Below, in pieces: positions 18,872 through 30,039 of a DNA stretch of 64,000 nt. The notes below the pieces were generated by a model. It saw nothing but the letters and a program-made list of their open reading frames with translations. It did not search any database and had not been told where the DNA came from. A program made the position numbers and the translations under genes. How positions within the stretch are numbered: position 1 is the first letter of the stretch; every line of letters begins with the position of its first letter. The DNA comes from Alphaproteobacteria bacterium (GTDB lineage: Bacteria; Pseudomonadota; Alphaproteobacteria; M2410): NCBI GenBank assembly GCA_965248915.1, contig OZ252216.1, positions 1,507,001-1,571,000 of the forward strand. The letters run 5' to 3'.

Positions 18872-20353
18872 ATGAGTTTTAAAGACCTCGGATTGAGCGA
18901 GAGTGTGTTGGCCGCTGTGGCTGATGCAGGATACACAGAACCCACCCCTATTCAGGCACAAGCCATCCCAAATGTTTTGGGCAATCGTGACGTCTTGGGC
19001 ATCGCCCAGACCGGCACAGGCAAAACCGCTGGCTTCACATTGCCCATGATCGACAAATTGGCCAAGGGCCGAGCGAGAGCTCGAATGCCACGGTCGTTGA
19101 TTTTGGAGCCGACGCGTGAATTGGCGGCACAAGTTTCAGAGAGCTTTGAGACCTACGGAAAAAATCAGAAACTCTCCATGGCTCTGTTGATCGGTGGCGT
19201 GTCATTTGCTGAACAAGAAAAGAAACTGGATCGAGGTGTCGACGTTTTGATCGCAACGCCTGGCCGTCTGCTGGATCACGTCGAGCGCGGTAAAGTTCTC
19301 CTCAACGGTGTGCAGATCCTCGTGATTGACGAAGCTGATCGCATGTTGGACATGGGATTTATTCCAGACATTGAACGTATTTGTCAGCGCCTACCGTTCA
19401 CACGTCAAACATTGTTTTTCTCAGCAACCATGCCACCGGAAATTCAGCGCCTCACAGAAGCGTTCCTGCATATGCCGGTTAAAATTGAAGTGGCCCGCCC
19501 AGCAACCGCAGCCGCATTGGTGGCCCAGGCCCTCATCCATGTCGACCCAAAGCCATCGAGCAAGCGAGAAGCTTTGCGAACCCTCATCAGGCAAGAAACT
19601 GAGCTAACAAACGGCATCATCTTCTGTAATCGCAAACGCGATGTAGATACATTGCACCGGTCGCTTATCAAGCATGACTTCAGTGCCGCTGCTCTGCATG
19701 GTGATCTTGATCAACGCGTACGCATGAAGACCCTTGAGAGCTTCAAGAACGGTGAGGTCAAACTCCTCGTGGCCAGCGATGTCGCAGCCCGTGGGCTCGA
19801 TATCCCCGAGGTTAGTCACGTCTTCAATTTCGATGTTCCAACTCATGCCGAAGACTATATCCATCGCATCGGTCGAACCGGCCGCGCAGGTCGCACCGGC
19901 AAGACTTTCATGATCGCAACCAAAGCAGAAGGCAAATATGTCGACGCCATCGAGCAGCTAACTGGAAACAAGATCGAAACCGTCAAGTTAAAGGGCTTTG
20001 AGAACAAGAAGGACAGCGCTCAAGAGGATGAAAAGCCGAGTGCGAAGCCGCGCCGCGAACGTCGTCCTCGCACGCAAAAGGACACATCCGAACGAACTGA
20101 ACGCACTGAGAAAACCGAACGTTCAGAGCGCAAAGAACGACCGGAACGCAAAGAACGACCTGCTCGTGAAAGTGCAAAACCTGCGGCGACAGATGAAAAG
20201 CCTAAGCGGACACGCACCCAAAAGGAACGGCCTGCCAGAACGGCAAAGGACAATGACCAAGCCCCAAAAGGCCTTGGCGATCACGTCCCGGCCTTCTTGA
20301 TGCGACCCATCCCTGCTTCAGACCGAACACCAAAGAAAGACGACGCCGCTTGA
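18872..20353 (+). CDS. DEAD-box ATP-dependent RNA helicase (RhlE-like) with a basic low-complexity C-terminal tail
   Basis: Q-motif; TGTGKTAGFTLP; DEADRMLDMGF; SAT; HRIGRTGRAG. The tail carries ERTEKTERSERKERPERKERP repeats. Confidence 0.9.
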   Translation: MSFKDLGLSESVLAAVADAGYTEPTPIQAQAIPNVLGNRDVLGIAQTGTGKTAGFTLPMIDKLAKGRARARMPRSLILEPTRELAAQVSESFETYGKNQKLSMALLIGGVSFAEQEKKLDRGVDVLIATPGRLLDHVERGKVLLNGVQILVIDEADRMLDMGFIPDIERICQRLPFTRQTLFFSATMPPEIQRLTEAFLHMPVKIEVARPATAAALVAQALIHVDPKPSSKREALRTLIRQETELTNGIIFCNRKRDVDTLHRSLIKHDFSAAALHGDLDQRVRMKTLESFKNGEVKLLVASDVAARGLDIPEVSHVFNFDVPTHAEDYIHRIGRTGRAGRTGKTFMIATKAEGKYVDAIEQLTGNKIETVKLKGFENKKDSAQEDEKPSAKPRRERRPRTQKDTSERTERTEKTERSERKERPERKERPARESAKPAATDEKPKRTRTQKERPARTAKDNDQAPKGLGDHVPAFLMRPIPASDRTPKKDDAA

Positions 20354-20361
20354 TTGCTGCG

Positions 20362-20847
20362 TCAGGTTTTGTTCGGCAAGTCGTTTGCCAATAATCGCGC
20401 ATTGAGTTCGTAAAGCGACACTTCGTCGGTCAACCAATAGACGCGTTCTCGCGCTTCTTCATATGTGACCCAGGCATATTCAGAATGTTCATATGACAGC
20501 ATAATCTCGTACGCAGTCGCATCGACGGCAAAAGCATGGCCAGGCATCACGTACGGGTTTGACAACCAACGATCGCGCGCGGCAAAATTCTCGACGGGGA
20601 TAGAGCTTTTCGAATCCAAAGCATAGAACTTCGCTGTCTCTGGAATGCCAGATTCTTCAAAACACTCCCGCTTCGCGGCTTCGAGAGGCGTCTCATCATC
20701 CTCGCCGCCACCAGCAATCCCTTGCCAATAACCGGCATCCGCGCGCTTGAAGACGGCAAACACATGACCACCATCGGTTAAACGCCGAAAGGGAAAGACG
20801 AAAGCCTGAAAGGGAGCACGCGCCATCTGTCTGCCCCCCCAACTCAA
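20362..20847 (-). CDS. NUDIX hydrolase
   Basis: Nudix box GGGEDDETPLEAAKRECFEESGI. The true start may be a downstream Met. Confidence 0.7.
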   Translation of the reverse strand: MSWGGRQMARAPFQAFVFPFRRLTDGGHVFAVFKRADAGYWQGIAGGGEDDETPLEAAKRECFEESGIPETAKFYALDSKSSIPVENFAARDRWLSNPYVMPGHAFAVDATAYEIMLSYEHSEYAWVTYEEARERVYWLTDEVSLYELNARLLANDLPNKT

Positions 20848-20864
20848 TCAATCAATTATCGACT

Positions 20865-22340
20865 CTACCGTTTAATCTGGCTCTTTAGGATCTTCTCGAG
20901 CTTTGGCCCCCAAGGCGGCCGGATCATCGCAATCTTCTCAGTTTTCGGTGCTGTGAAGATCGCTTTGGCATGGGAGAACGTCTTGAAACCATCATGCCCG
21001 TGATAGGAACCCATCCCGCTGGGACCGACGCCACCAAATGGAAGATCGTCGACACTCACGTGCATCACCACGTCATTAAGGCTCACGCCGCCGGAGGTGG
21101 TGCGATCAAGAACCATGCGCTCTTCGCCTTGGTCTTCGCCGAAGTAGTATAGACCCAAAGGACGCGGATGATCGTTCACATAGTCGACCGCTGATTTGAC
21201 ATGTTCATAAGTTTTGACTGGGAATACCGGCCCAAAGATTTCGTCCTGCATGACTTTCATATCATCGGTTGGGTTGAGAACCAGAGTCGGCGGGATTTTG
21301 TGATGCGGTTGTTGCGTGAAGTCTTCTTTGGCAGGGTTAATCTCGACGATTTCCGCCCCTTTAGACTTCGCATCTTCAAGATAGCCCTGCAGACGGTCGT
21401 AGTGCCGTTGATTGACAACCGAGGTGTAGTCCGGATTATCTTTTAGGGTTGGATACATTGTTTGCACCGCTGACTGCGCCGCACTAACAAATCCGTCAAC
21501 CTTCCCTTCCGGCACAAACACGTAGTCAGGCGCCAAACAAATTTGTCCTGCGTTCATGGTTTTACCAAACATGATGCGATTGGCCGCTGTCTGCATGTTG
21601 GCGGACTCACTCACGATGACAGGGGATTTTCCGCCAAGCTCCAATGTTAGTGGAACGAGGTTTTCCGCCGCCGCGCGCATAACATGGTGCGCGACGGAAG
21701 TAGCACCTGTGAAGATCATATGGTCGAAAGGTAGAGAACTGAACGCCGCGCCAACATCCGGTCCACCGGTGATGACAGCAACTTCGGTTTCATCAAACAC
21801 GGATGCAAACATCCGCTTCATCAGTTCTGATGTCGCTGGTGTAAATTCTGACGGTTTTATCATCGCACGATTGCCTGCGGCGAAAATGTCTGCAAGTGGA
21901 CCCATGGTCAATTGAACGGGGAAATTCCACGGGCTGATCACGCCGACAACGCCCAGAGGTTGATACTCAACCCGCGCCTTCGCCCCCAATAAATTCATCG
22001 GGAAACCAGCAGAACGCCGTTCCGACTTCATCCATTTGCGAAGATTCTTCCGGGCATGTTTGAGAGGTATGATCGAACTCGCGACATCGGTAAACGATGA
22101 TTGATGACGGGAACGATGTCCAAAGTCCTTCACCAAGCAATCGACGATTTCTTCTTCGTAATCCACCATGAGACCAATCGCCCGATTAATGCGATCTTCG
22201 CGAAGATCCGCGTCAGGAGGGCCATCTTGGATCTGCGCCGCCCTTTGTCTCTTCAAAACGTCAAGCATTTCAACTGCGGCATTGTTTGCCCCGTGATCGA
22301 GGTCGTGTGTTTCTGCCACGCTCATAGGTCCATCCTCCAA
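20865..22340 (-). CDS. NAD(P)-dependent aldehyde dehydrogenase family protein
   Basis: 491 aa. Motifs include FTGATSVAHHVM, ELGGKSP, a catalytic Cys in GQICLAPDYV, and EIFGPV. Confidence 0.85.
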   Translation of the reverse strand: MEDGPMSVAETHDLDHGANNAAVEMLDVLKRQRAAQIQDGPPDADLREDRINRAIGLMVDYEEEIVDCLVKDFGHRSRHQSSFTDVASSIIPLKHARKNLRKWMKSERRSAGFPMNLLGAKARVEYQPLGVVGVISPWNFPVQLTMGPLADIFAAGNRAMIKPSEFTPATSELMKRMFASVFDETEVAVITGGPDVGAAFSSLPFDHMIFTGATSVAHHVMRAAAENLVPLTLELGGKSPVIVSESANMQTAANRIMFGKTMNAGQICLAPDYVFVPEGKVDGFVSAAQSAVQTMYPTLKDNPDYTSVVNQRHYDRLQGYLEDAKSKGAEIVEINPAKEDFTQQPHHKIPPTLVLNPTDDMKVMQDEIFGPVFPVKTYEHVKSAVDYVNDHPRPLGLYYFGEDQGEERMVLDRTTSGGVSLNDVVMHVSVDDLPFGGVGPSGMGSYHGHDGFKTFSHAKAIFTAPKTEKIAMIRPPWGPKLEKILKSQIKR

Positions 22341-22523
22341 AGATGTTATGATTCCACAGCATTTTGGCGAAGCAGGACCTCATCGTCCAGGGATATTCGT
22401 CACAAACCGAGGCCTTCCCCCAATTTCTCCTTGCCAACACCAATCACTTTTATGAGGGTGTGATCGCAAAGGCGGCGATGATCGCCCAAAACAAGAAAAT
22501 CGATCACACCGGGGAAACCAGAA

Positions 22524-23318
22524 ATGTCATATGAAGCCATCACTCTCGAGTTCGACAACCATATTGCCAAGCTGACCCTCAACGACCCTGCGACACTCAA
22601 TGCCGTCTCCAGACAGATGATTACGGAGCTTGGGCAGGTCATCGACGAAATCGCAGACCCAGCCAACGGTGCCCGCTGCCTTCTCATCACTGGTGCCGGT
22701 CGCGGATTCTGTTCCGGCGCAAATCTTGCCGATGGGGCGGCCAACGCAGACAGAAAGAATACTGGCGCAGGAGAAGGGCTCGAAAAATACTATCACCCAT
22801 TCTTGCGAAAATTACGCAATCTCGACATTCCCATTGTCACAGCCGTGAACGGTGCTGCCGCGGGCGTCGGCATGAGCTTCGCCCTCATGGGAGACATCGT
22901 CTACGCCGCTAAGGATGCTTATTTCCTGCAAGCGTTCGGTCGCATCGGTCTGGTGCCAGACGGGGGCGCCACCTACATACTTCCCCGCCGCATTGGCCTG
23001 GCCCGCTCATTGGAACTCTCACTGCTGGCAGAAAAACTACCCGCTGACATGGCGCACGAGTGGGGCCTTATCAATGACGTCTTCGATGAACACGATCTGA
23101 TGCCGGCCGCGCAGAAGACAGCTGAAAGGTTGGCCAGTGGTCCAACCGTCGCCTTTGGTCTCATTCGAAAACTATACTGGGAAAGCCCGGATCACGTTTA
23201 TGAAGAACAACTTCAAATGGAACGCAACAGTCAAAATCGGGCGGGTGGAACCGAAGACTTCAAAGAAGGTGTCACGGCTTTTTTGCAAAAGCGCAAAGCT
23301 GAGTTCAAAGGAAAGTAA
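22524..23318 (+). CDS. Enoyl-CoA hydratase/isomerase (crotonase) family protein
   Basis: LITGAGRGFCSGANL oxyanion-hole motif; 264 aa. Confidence 0.85.
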   Translation: MSYEAITLEFDNHIAKLTLNDPATLNAVSRQMITELGQVIDEIADPANGARCLLITGAGRGFCSGANLADGAANADRKNTGAGEGLEKYYHPFLRKLRNLDIPIVTAVNGAAAGVGMSFALMGDIVYAAKDAYFLQAFGRIGLVPDGGATYILPRRIGLARSLELSLLAEKLPADMAHEWGLINDVFDEHDLMPAAQKTAERLASGPTVAFGLIRKLYWESPDHVYEEQLQMERNSQNRAGGTEDFKEGVTAFLQKRKAEFKGK

Positions 23319-23321
23319 TCC

Positions 23322-23690
23322 TTAATCACTCATGGATTGGGCGGGAACAAGGGTTACGGACTCGCCGCAGCCGCACGCGTCAACTTGGTTTGGATTGTTG
23401 AACACAAATCCTGACGTCATCTTGTCGACCTGATAGTCCATCTCTGTGCCGAGTAGAAACAGGATCGCCTTAGGGTCAATCAAGATCTTGACCCCCTTGT
23501 CCTCAACGACTTCGTCAAACGGAGCCTGGGTCTCGGCATATTCCATTGTGTACGACATGCCGGCACATCCACCGTTCTCAACACCAAGCCGCACGCCGAC
23601 GTAGTCTTGGCCTGCGTTTGACATGATGTCTTTGACACGCTCTGCCGCAGCATCTGTGAGGGAAATTGCCTTGGGTAAAGATCGAGCCAT
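23322..23690 (-). CDS. sufA: Fe-S cluster assembly A-type carrier (SufA/IscA)
   Basis: GGCAGMSY ... CGCGESV conserved-cysteine signature. Confidence 0.85.
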   Translation of the reverse strand: MARSLPKAISLTDAAAERVKDIMSNAGQDYVGVRLGVENGGCAGMSYTMEYAETQAPFDEVVEDKGVKILIDPKAILFLLGTEMDYQVDKMTSGFVFNNPNQVDACGCGESVTLVPAQSMSD

Positions 23691-23697
23691 AAATCAC

Positions 23698-24024
23698 CTA
23701 ATACATATTTAACTGAAGACGCGCCTCTTCCGTCAATCGGGACATATCCCAAGGCGGATCAAACACCATGTTTACATTTACGCTCCTAATACCTGGCACG
23801 ATTGAAACAGAATCATGTACCCAGACCGGCATTTCAACGGCCACAGGACACCCAGGCGCTGTAAGCGTCATATCGATATCCACGTCTTTGTCATCTGAGA
23901 CATCAATCTTGTAGATCAGTCCCAATTCAAAAATGTCGACTGGAATTTCTGGATCATAAACGGTTTTGATCGCAGCGATGATCTGTTCCGTCAGCCCTTC
24001 CAGTTCTTGTGCCTCAATGGCCAT
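23698..24024 (-). CDS. SUF-system DUF59/MIP18-family protein (SufT-like)
   Basis: VYDPEIPVDIFELGLIY motif; sits between sufS and sufA. Confidence 0.75.
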   Translation of the reverse strand: MAIEAQELEGLTEQIIAAIKTVYDPEIPVDIFELGLIYKIDVSDDKDVDIDMTLTAPGCPVAVEMPVWVHDSVSIVPGIRSVNVNMVFDPPWDMSRLTEEARLQLNMY

Positions 24025-24045
24025 AGTCGTTCTCTCTTCTTAACA

Positions 24046-25290
24046 CTAACCTAAAAGGTCACGTGCCTTCTTAACAGCTTCAACCAGAGCTTCAACTTCC
24101 TCATGCGTGTTGTAGAACGCAAATGACGCACGTGCAGTGGATGTCACACCCATTCGGTCCATAAGCGGTTGAGCGCAGTGATGTCCAGCCCGAACCGCGA
24201 CCCCTGAACGATCAACAATCGTCGAGACGTCATGCGCATGCGCCCCTTCCAACTCAAACGATAGAATGCTGCCCTTATTCTTAGAGGTGCCAAACAGGCG
24301 CAGCGAGTTTAAGCTTCCAAGCGATCGCGTCGCGTGGTCGAGAAGGTCCTGCTCATGAGCCAGAGCCGCATCCCGGTCCATGTCCATCATATAAGTAAGG
24401 GCTGCACCCAATCCAATACCCTCAACAATGGGCGGAGTACCGGCTTCAAACTTGTGGGGTAGATCAGCGTAAGTGATTTCATCTTGGGTGACAATTGAGA
24501 TCATCTCCCCGCCACCGCGGTACGGCGGCAAAACTTCCAATCGCTCTCGCTTGCCGTAGAGAACACCAATGCCCGTCGGACCGTAAACCTTGTGCCCTGT
24601 AAACACGAAGTAGTCGCAATCAAGATCCTGCACATCAACCGGAAAATGAACCGCCGACTGGCTCCCATCAAGCAGGATTGGCACACCATGGTCATGCGCG
24701 ATCCGCACCAACTCTTTTGCAGGTGTGATTGTGCCAAGCGCATTTGACATATGCGTCATGGCCACAAATTTCGTTCGCGGTGAAAAGAGCTTCTCATATT
24801 CCTCAACAAGGAGTTCGCCCTCATCATTCATTGGCACCCATTTCAAGACCGCGCCTTTGCGCTCCTTCAAGAAATACCATGGGACGATGTTTGAGTGGTG
24901 CTCCATGATCGAGAGGATGATCTCATCACCCTCTTCAATGTCAGCGAGACCGACACTTGATGCCACCAAATTGATCGCATCCGTCGTATTGCCCGTGAAG
25001 AGAACCTCGGCTGTTTCTTTCGCATTGAGGAAGGTGCGAGCTGTTTCCCGCGCCACTTCGTATTTGGCGGTCGCCTCATTGCTCAGGTAATGAAGACCAC
25101 GATGCACATTGGCGTATTCTTCTTCCATCACGCGGGTCATCGCATTGATGACGGCGGTCGGCTTTTGTGCTGAGGCAGCATTGTCGAGATAGACAAGCGG
25201 CTTGCCATAAACCTCGCGGGACAGAATAGGAAAGTCTGCGCGAACGGCATCGACATCAAACGTAGGTTTAGGCGCGTGGAGTTCGCTCAT
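24046..25290 (-). CDS. sufS: Cysteine desulfurase SufS
   Basis: Class V aminotransferase, 414 aa; HHSN, FTGHKVYGPTGIG (PLP lysine), and RAGHHCAQP catalytic Cys loop. Confidence 0.9.
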   Translation of the reverse strand: MSELHAPKPTFDVDAVRADFPILSREVYGKPLVYLDNAASAQKPTAVINAMTRVMEEEYANVHRGLHYLSNEATAKYEVARETARTFLNAKETAEVLFTGNTTDAINLVASSVGLADIEEGDEIILSIMEHHSNIVPWYFLKERKGAVLKWVPMNDEGELLVEEYEKLFSPRTKFVAMTHMSNALGTITPAKELVRIAHDHGVPILLDGSQSAVHFPVDVQDLDCDYFVFTGHKVYGPTGIGVLYGKRERLEVLPPYRGGGEMISIVTQDEITYADLPHKFEAGTPPIVEGIGLGAALTYMMDMDRDAALAHEQDLLDHATRSLGSLNSLRLFGTSKNKGSILSFELEGAHAHDVSTIVDRSGVAVRAGHHCAQPLMDRMGVTSTARASFAFYNTHEEVEALVEAVKKARDLLG

Positions 25291-26600
25291 GCTGCGCCTC
25301 CTCTGGACATCATTTCCGCAACCGCCCCTTCCAAGGCAGCGCGGATATCGCCATCAACAATCGGGTCCAACGCTTCCTGAACAAAGGCTCCGATAAGCAA
25401 AGAGCGGGCCGTTCTTTCGTCAATGCCGCGGGATCGCAGATAAAAGAGCGCTTGCTCATCTAAGCTTCCCACCGTTGCTCCATGCGCGCACTTCACATCG
25501 TCGGCATAGATTTCAAGTTCGGGCTTTGAATCCATCTCTGCACGATCCGACAACAACAAAGACTTAATCATCATTCGGCTATCGGTTTTCTGAGCGTCAG
25601 GTTCAACCCCAATTTTCCCTTGAAAGACGCCGCGAGATTTGCCGTCCAAAACACCGCGGTACACTTCATCGCAAGCGCAATTCGGAACTGCATGTTCAAC
25701 ACGAGTCGTCGTATCCAAATGTTGACCGTCGACGGTTAGAAACGCCCCACACAATGTCGCATTCGCCCCTTCGCCAACAAATCGTACAAAGATCTCATTG
25801 CGGGAAAGCTCACCACCGAGAACGAGCGATCCATTTCGGTAATGGGCATCTTTTCCCACTTCCACGGATGCATTCTGGGTGTGAACGGCTTTCGCGCCCT
25901 CAAACTGGGTCTTGATATGGTTGAGCTCGGCGCCCTCGCTCAATACAACCTCTGAAATGCAGTTCGTCAGATACAATTCATCTGTACCACTGAAGGTCTC
26001 AATGACCGTGGCTGAGACTCCTTCCTCCATCACGATGAGATTTCGCATCACTTGCGCGAAGGCGCCCGTTTGAGTGGCGCGAAAATCCACATGAATGGGT
26101 TTTTCAACTTTGGTGCCGGCAGAAATGATCACAACGGCCCCATCGCTCATAAGAGCTGAGTTGAGGTCGGCAATCACCGTCTTCTCACACGTCGCAAGCT
26201 TGCCAATGTGTTGTTCCAAGATCTCAGGAATCTCGACCAAGGCTTGCGACAGGGCCAATACACGAACACCTTCAGGAAGACCCTCGATCATTGGTGAAGA
26301 CGGGTTATAGAACCCGTTCACAAAACACAAGCGGTATGCGTCCATGCCATCAAACAGGCCCTTAGACGCCTGTACCGACAAACCTGAAGGAGGATCGGCG
26401 AGGGCAAACTCATCTTTCAAACGTGCTCTAAGATCAGTGTATTTCCAATCCTCAATGCGGCGGTGCGGCAAGCCACGTTCCTCAAAGGAAGAAAGCCCAG
26501 CTTGAGACATCGAAGCCCACCATTCAGGCAGACCTCCGGCATATCTCAGCCGGCCCTTGGAGATCAGGCTTTCTTCGCTGCTTGTTCGTTTCATCATCAT
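25287..26600 (-). CDS. sufD: Fe-S cluster assembly protein SufD
   Basis: Position inside the suf operon and a C-terminal SufBD beta-helix region; overlaps sufS by 4 nt. Confidence 0.8.
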   Translation of the reverse strand: MMMKRTSSEESLISKGRLRYAGGLPEWWASMSQAGLSSFEERGLPHRRIEDWKYTDLRARLKDEFALADPPSGLSVQASKGLFDGMDAYRLCFVNGFYNPSSPMIEGLPEGVRVLALSQALVEIPEILEQHIGKLATCEKTVIADLNSALMSDGAVVIISAGTKVEKPIHVDFRATQTGAFAQVMRNLIVMEEGVSATVIETFSGTDELYLTNCISEVVLSEGAELNHIKTQFEGAKAVHTQNASVEVGKDAHYRNGSLVLGGELSRNEIFVRFVGEGANATLCGAFLTVDGQHLDTTTRVEHAVPNCACDEVYRGVLDGKSRGVFQGKIGVEPDAQKTDSRMMIKSLLLSDRAEMDSKPELEIYADDVKCAHGATVGSLDEQALFYLRSRGIDERTARSLLIGAFVQEALDPIVDGDIRAALEGAVAEMMSRGGAA

Positions 26601-26625
26601 TTACATTCAATCCAAAGGTCGGGCC

Positions 26626-27414
26626 TTACGCGGCGTCCGATACAATACCTTCGTACCCATCGCGCTCCAATTGAAGCGCTAGATCCTTATCGCCCGTGCG
26701 CACAATGCGACCATGCGCTAACACATGCACAACATCAGGAACGATGTGATCCAAAAGCCGTTGATAATGCGTGATTACAACCATCGAGCGATCCGGTGCC
26801 CGCAACTTGTTCACACCATCGGAAACAACCTTGAGAGCATCGATATCAAGGCCAGAATCTGTTTCATCAAGGATCGCAAGGGAGGGTTCCAACAGCGCCA
26901 TTTGCAAGACTTCATTGCGCTTCTTCTCGCCGCCCGAAAACCCGACATTCAAAGGCCGTTTAAGCATCGTGTCTGAAACATTGAGCTGCTTCGATTTCTC
27001 TTTGATCAAGCGCAAGAAGGAAGCCGCATCAACCTCATCTTCTCCGCGCGCCTTCTTTTGTGCATTTAGAGCTGTGCGCAAGAAGGTCATGTTGGTCACG
27101 CCAGGGATTTCAATGGGGTATTGAAAGGCCAAGAAAACACCGGCAACAGCGCGCTCATCAACGCTCATCTCGGTCAGGTCTTTGCCTTTGTACGAGATTG
27201 AACCCTTCGTCACCTCATACCCTTCACGTCCAGAGAGCGCGTAGGACAGCGTACTTTTCCCGGACCCATTGGGACCCATAATGGCATGCACTTCACCTGG
27301 CTCGACCGTGAGGTTGATACCGTTGAGAATGTCCTGGCCACCGACAGCGACGTGCAGGTCTTTGATTTCCAACAAACTCATTTTCTCTGTCTCTCTATCC
27401 AACACTTCCTTCAA
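26626..27414 (-). CDS. sufC: Fe-S cluster assembly ATPase SufC
   Basis: Walker [13 protein letters not shown] signature FSGGEKKR, Walker [13 protein letters not shown]. Confidence 0.9.
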   Translation of the reverse strand: MKEVLDRETEKMSLLEIKDLHVAVGGQDILNGINLTVEPGEVHAIMGPNGSGKSTLSYALSGREGYEVTKGSISYKGKDLTEMSVDERAVAGVFLAFQYPIEIPGVTNMTFLRTALNAQKKARGEDEVDAASFLRLIKEKSKQLNVSDTMLKRPLNVGFSGGEKKRNEVLQMALLEPSLAILDETDSGLDIDALKVVSDGVNKLRAPDRSMVVITHYQRLLDHIVPDVVHVLAHGRIVRTGDKDLALQLERDGYEGIVSDAA

Positions 27415-28858
27415 GCGAAATGGCCACGAGCTTTTGCGCTTCTACCGCAAACTCCATGGGCAAATGCTGAAGGACGTCCTTACAAAATCCGTTCACGATC
27501 AGCGCGACCGCTTCTTCTTCATCCAGCCCACGTTGCTGGCAATAGAAGAGTTGTTCTTCACTGATCTTTGATGTCGTTGCTTCGTGTTCAATGATCGCAC
27601 TCGGTGTCCGGCTCTCAATATAGGGCACCGTGTGTGCGCCGCATTTGTCGCCAATCAAAAGCGAGTCACATTGTGTGTAGTTTCGTGCGCCGGTGGCTTT
27701 AGAGTGGGTCGACACAAGGCCCCGATACGTCGCCTGTGATTTCCCAGCCGAAATACCTTTTGAGATGATCCGGCTCGAAGTGTTGCGCCCAAGATGCATC
27801 ATCTTGGTCCCTGTATCGGCTTGCTGATAATTATTGGTGATCGCAATTGAATAGAACTCACCAACTGTATCATTACCTCGCAAGATGCAACTCGGGTACT
27901 TCCAGGTAATGGCAGAGCCCGTTTCAACTTGCGTCCAGGAAATTTTCGAGCGATCCCCACGGCAGTCACCGCGTTTGGTGACAAAGTTAAAAATGCCGCC
28001 TTCGCCGTCAGCGTTTCCGGGGTACCAATTCTGAACGGTCGAATACTTGATCTCAGCATCTTCGTGGGTAATCAGCTCAACCACGGCCGCGTGAAGCTGA
28101 TTCTCATCCCGCTGTGGCGCTGTGCACCCTTCCAGATAGGAGACGTAGGACTTTTCATCGGCAATGATCAACGTGCGCTCAAACTGACCTGTTTCCCGCT
28201 CATTGATGCGGAAATAGGTCGAAAGCTCCATCGGACACCGAACACCCGGGGGAATATAGACAAAGGACCCGTCGCTAAAGACCGCCGAGTTGAGAGCGGA
28301 GTAGTAGTTGTCGGACACCGGAACGACAGATCCCAAATACTTCTTCACGAGATCAGGATGATTCAGAACCGCTTCAGAAAACGGACAGAATATCACGCCA
28401 GCCTCGGCGAGCTTTTCTTTGAACGTCGTGACCACCGAAACACTATCGAACACCGCATCCACAGCAACGCCAGCCAACATCATTTGTTCTTCAAGCGGAA
28501 TCCCTAACTTCTTATAGGTTTCGAGCAGCTCTGGGTCGACTTCATCCAAACTCTTTGGCCGATCTTCTTGGCTTTTGGGCGCCGCATAATAATACGCATC
28601 CTGAAAGTCGATTTCCGGCAAGTCGAGCTTTGCCCAATCCGGCATCGGCATTTTCTTCCAACGCGCAAAGGCCTCCAGACGCCACTCAAGCATCCACGCC
28701 GGTTCGTTCTTCTTGGCAGAAATGAACCGAACCGTGTCTTCGTTAAGCCCTTTGGGAGCCTTTTCGGACTCGATGTCTGTAACAAACCCGAACTCATACG
28801 TCTTGGTCGCGAGTTCTGCTACATCATCTTTTTGTTGTTCTTGTGCTGACATTGACAT
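27395..28858 (-). CDS. sufB: Fe-S cluster assembly protein SufB
   Basis: 487 aa with SufB hallmarks (long beta-helix; C-terminal ...AHTVPYIE...[22 protein letters not shown]). Overlaps sufC. Confidence 0.9.
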   Translation of the reverse strand: MSMSAQEQQKDDVAELATKTYEFGFVTDIESEKAPKGLNEDTVRFISAKKNEPAWMLEWRLEAFARWKKMPMPDWAKLDLPEIDFQDAYYYAAPKSQEDRPKSLDEVDPELLETYKKLGIPLEEQMMLAGVAVDAVFDSVSVVTTFKEKLAEAGVIFCPFSEAVLNHPDLVKKYLGSVVPVSDNYYSALNSAVFSDGSFVYIPPGVRCPMELSTYFRINERETGQFERTLIIADEKSYVSYLEGCTAPQRDENQLHAAVVELITHEDAEIKYSTVQNWYPGNADGEGGIFNFVTKRGDCRGDRSKISWTQVETGSAITWKYPSCILRGNDTVGEFYSIAITNNYQQADTGTKMMHLGRNTSSRIISKGISAGKSQATYRGLVSTHSKATGARNYTQCDSLLIGDKCGAHTVPYIESRTPSAIIEHEATTSKISEEQLFYCQQRGLDEEEAVALIVNGFCKDVLQHLPMEFAVEAQKLVAISLEGSVG

Positions 28859-28864
28859 TCCTAT

Positions 28865-30019
28865 TCAAGCAACCGCGCTTGCACTCGCTCGTTTACCTAA
28901 TCTGTGTCGCATCGCCGCCCAAGCGTCAAAAAACGCACGGACTTCATCCTGTGTCGTTTTCCAACCAAGACTGACTCGAATTGAGCTGGAAGAGACACTC
29001 TGATCAAAACCCATCTCATTCAATACACGCGAACTGGATACCTTCCCCGACGAACATGCTGAACCAGCACTGATGCAGAAGCCTGCCAAATCTAGCGCTA
29101 TCACTTGTGTTTCTGCAGGTATCCCTGGGAGCGAAATACAAAGCGTATTAGGAAGGCGGATCACATCTCCGCCGGCGACAACAGCTTCAGGAGCCACTTC
29201 TTCGATACGGTCCTGAAGTTCGTCGCGCCACACCGCCAACCCGGCAACCGCATCTAAGTCTTCTGTTGCCAACTCGGCTGCCAAACCAAAGCCAACTATG
29301 CCCGGGAGGTTTTCTGTGCCCGATCGTCTCGACTTTTCCTGACCACCACCGTACATGCGACCGGAAACTTCAATATTGTCGCGTCGCACCAATGCGCCCA
29401 CTCCATGTGGTCCCCCCATCTTATGTGAAGAAAGGGTCATCAAATCGATGCCTAGGCTTTCAAAATCAACTTTGATCTTTGCAGCGGCCTGTACCGCATC
29501 ACAATGCACAATCGCATTGTGGTCATGCGCGATCTTCGCGAGATCAGCAACCCGTTGTATGACGCCGGTCTCGTTGTTTGCCAGCATAATGGACACTAGT
29601 GCACGGCCATCATCAGCGCGCAGCAATTCGTCTAGTTTTTTTGGATCAATCAGACCATCACGGTCGCAAGCCAGTTTATGAACATCCAAATCAGTGGCGA
29701 CAGCGGCTACCCGAACGGATGGGTGCTCAGTCGCTGAAATGAGAAGTCTCGCAATACCGTTTGCCCTAGCACCGCCGAGCACAGCCAGCGTATTTCCTTC
29801 AGTGCCGCCGCTGGTGAAAATGATTTCATCCGGTGAAGCATTGACGAACGCAGCAACTTGTTCACGCGCGCGTTCTAGGAGACCGTGTGCAGCACGGCCA
29901 TGGGCATGCACAGAAGACGCATTGCCTCCTGCTGTCATGACTTCAGCAACCTTGTCCACGACAGCAGGTTTGGCTGGCGCGGTCGCGTTAAAGTCCAGAT
30001 ATGTCAATTTCTTCGTCAC
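28865..30019 (-). CDS. Cysteine desulfurase (NifS/IscS-like), first gene of the suf operon
   Basis: Aminotransferase class V: FTSGGTEGN, SSHKMGGPHGVGALV (PLP lysine), SAGSACSSG (catalytic Cys). Confidence 0.85.
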   Translation of the reverse strand: MTKKLTYLDFNATAPAKPAVVDKVAEVMTAGGNASSVHAHGRAAHGLLERAREQVAAFVNASPDEIIFTSGGTEGNTLAVLGGARANGIARLLISATEHPSVRVAAVATDLDVHKLACDRDGLIDPKKLDELLRADDGRALVSIMLANNETGVIQRVADLAKIAHDHNAIVHCDAVQAAAKIKVDFESLGIDLMTLSSHKMGGPHGVGALVRRDNIEVSGRMYGGGQEKSRRSGTENLPGIVGFGLAAELATEDLDAVAGLAVWRDELQDRIEEVAPEAVVAGGDVIRLPNTLCISLPGIPAETQVIALDLAGFCISAGSACSSGKVSSSRVLNEMGFDQSVSSSSIRVSLGWKTTQDEVRAFFDAWAAMRHRLGKRASASAVA

Positions 30020-30039
30020 GAATGAATGTCCAGTCTTCC

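Noticed and set aside
20000-20250. CRISPR-like or mobile-element tandem repeats
   Set aside because: The only short tandem DNA repeats in the window lie inside coding regions (helicase tail, RNase E Arg-rich scaffold) and translate into low-complexity protein. There are no spacer-like unique inserts and no cas genes.
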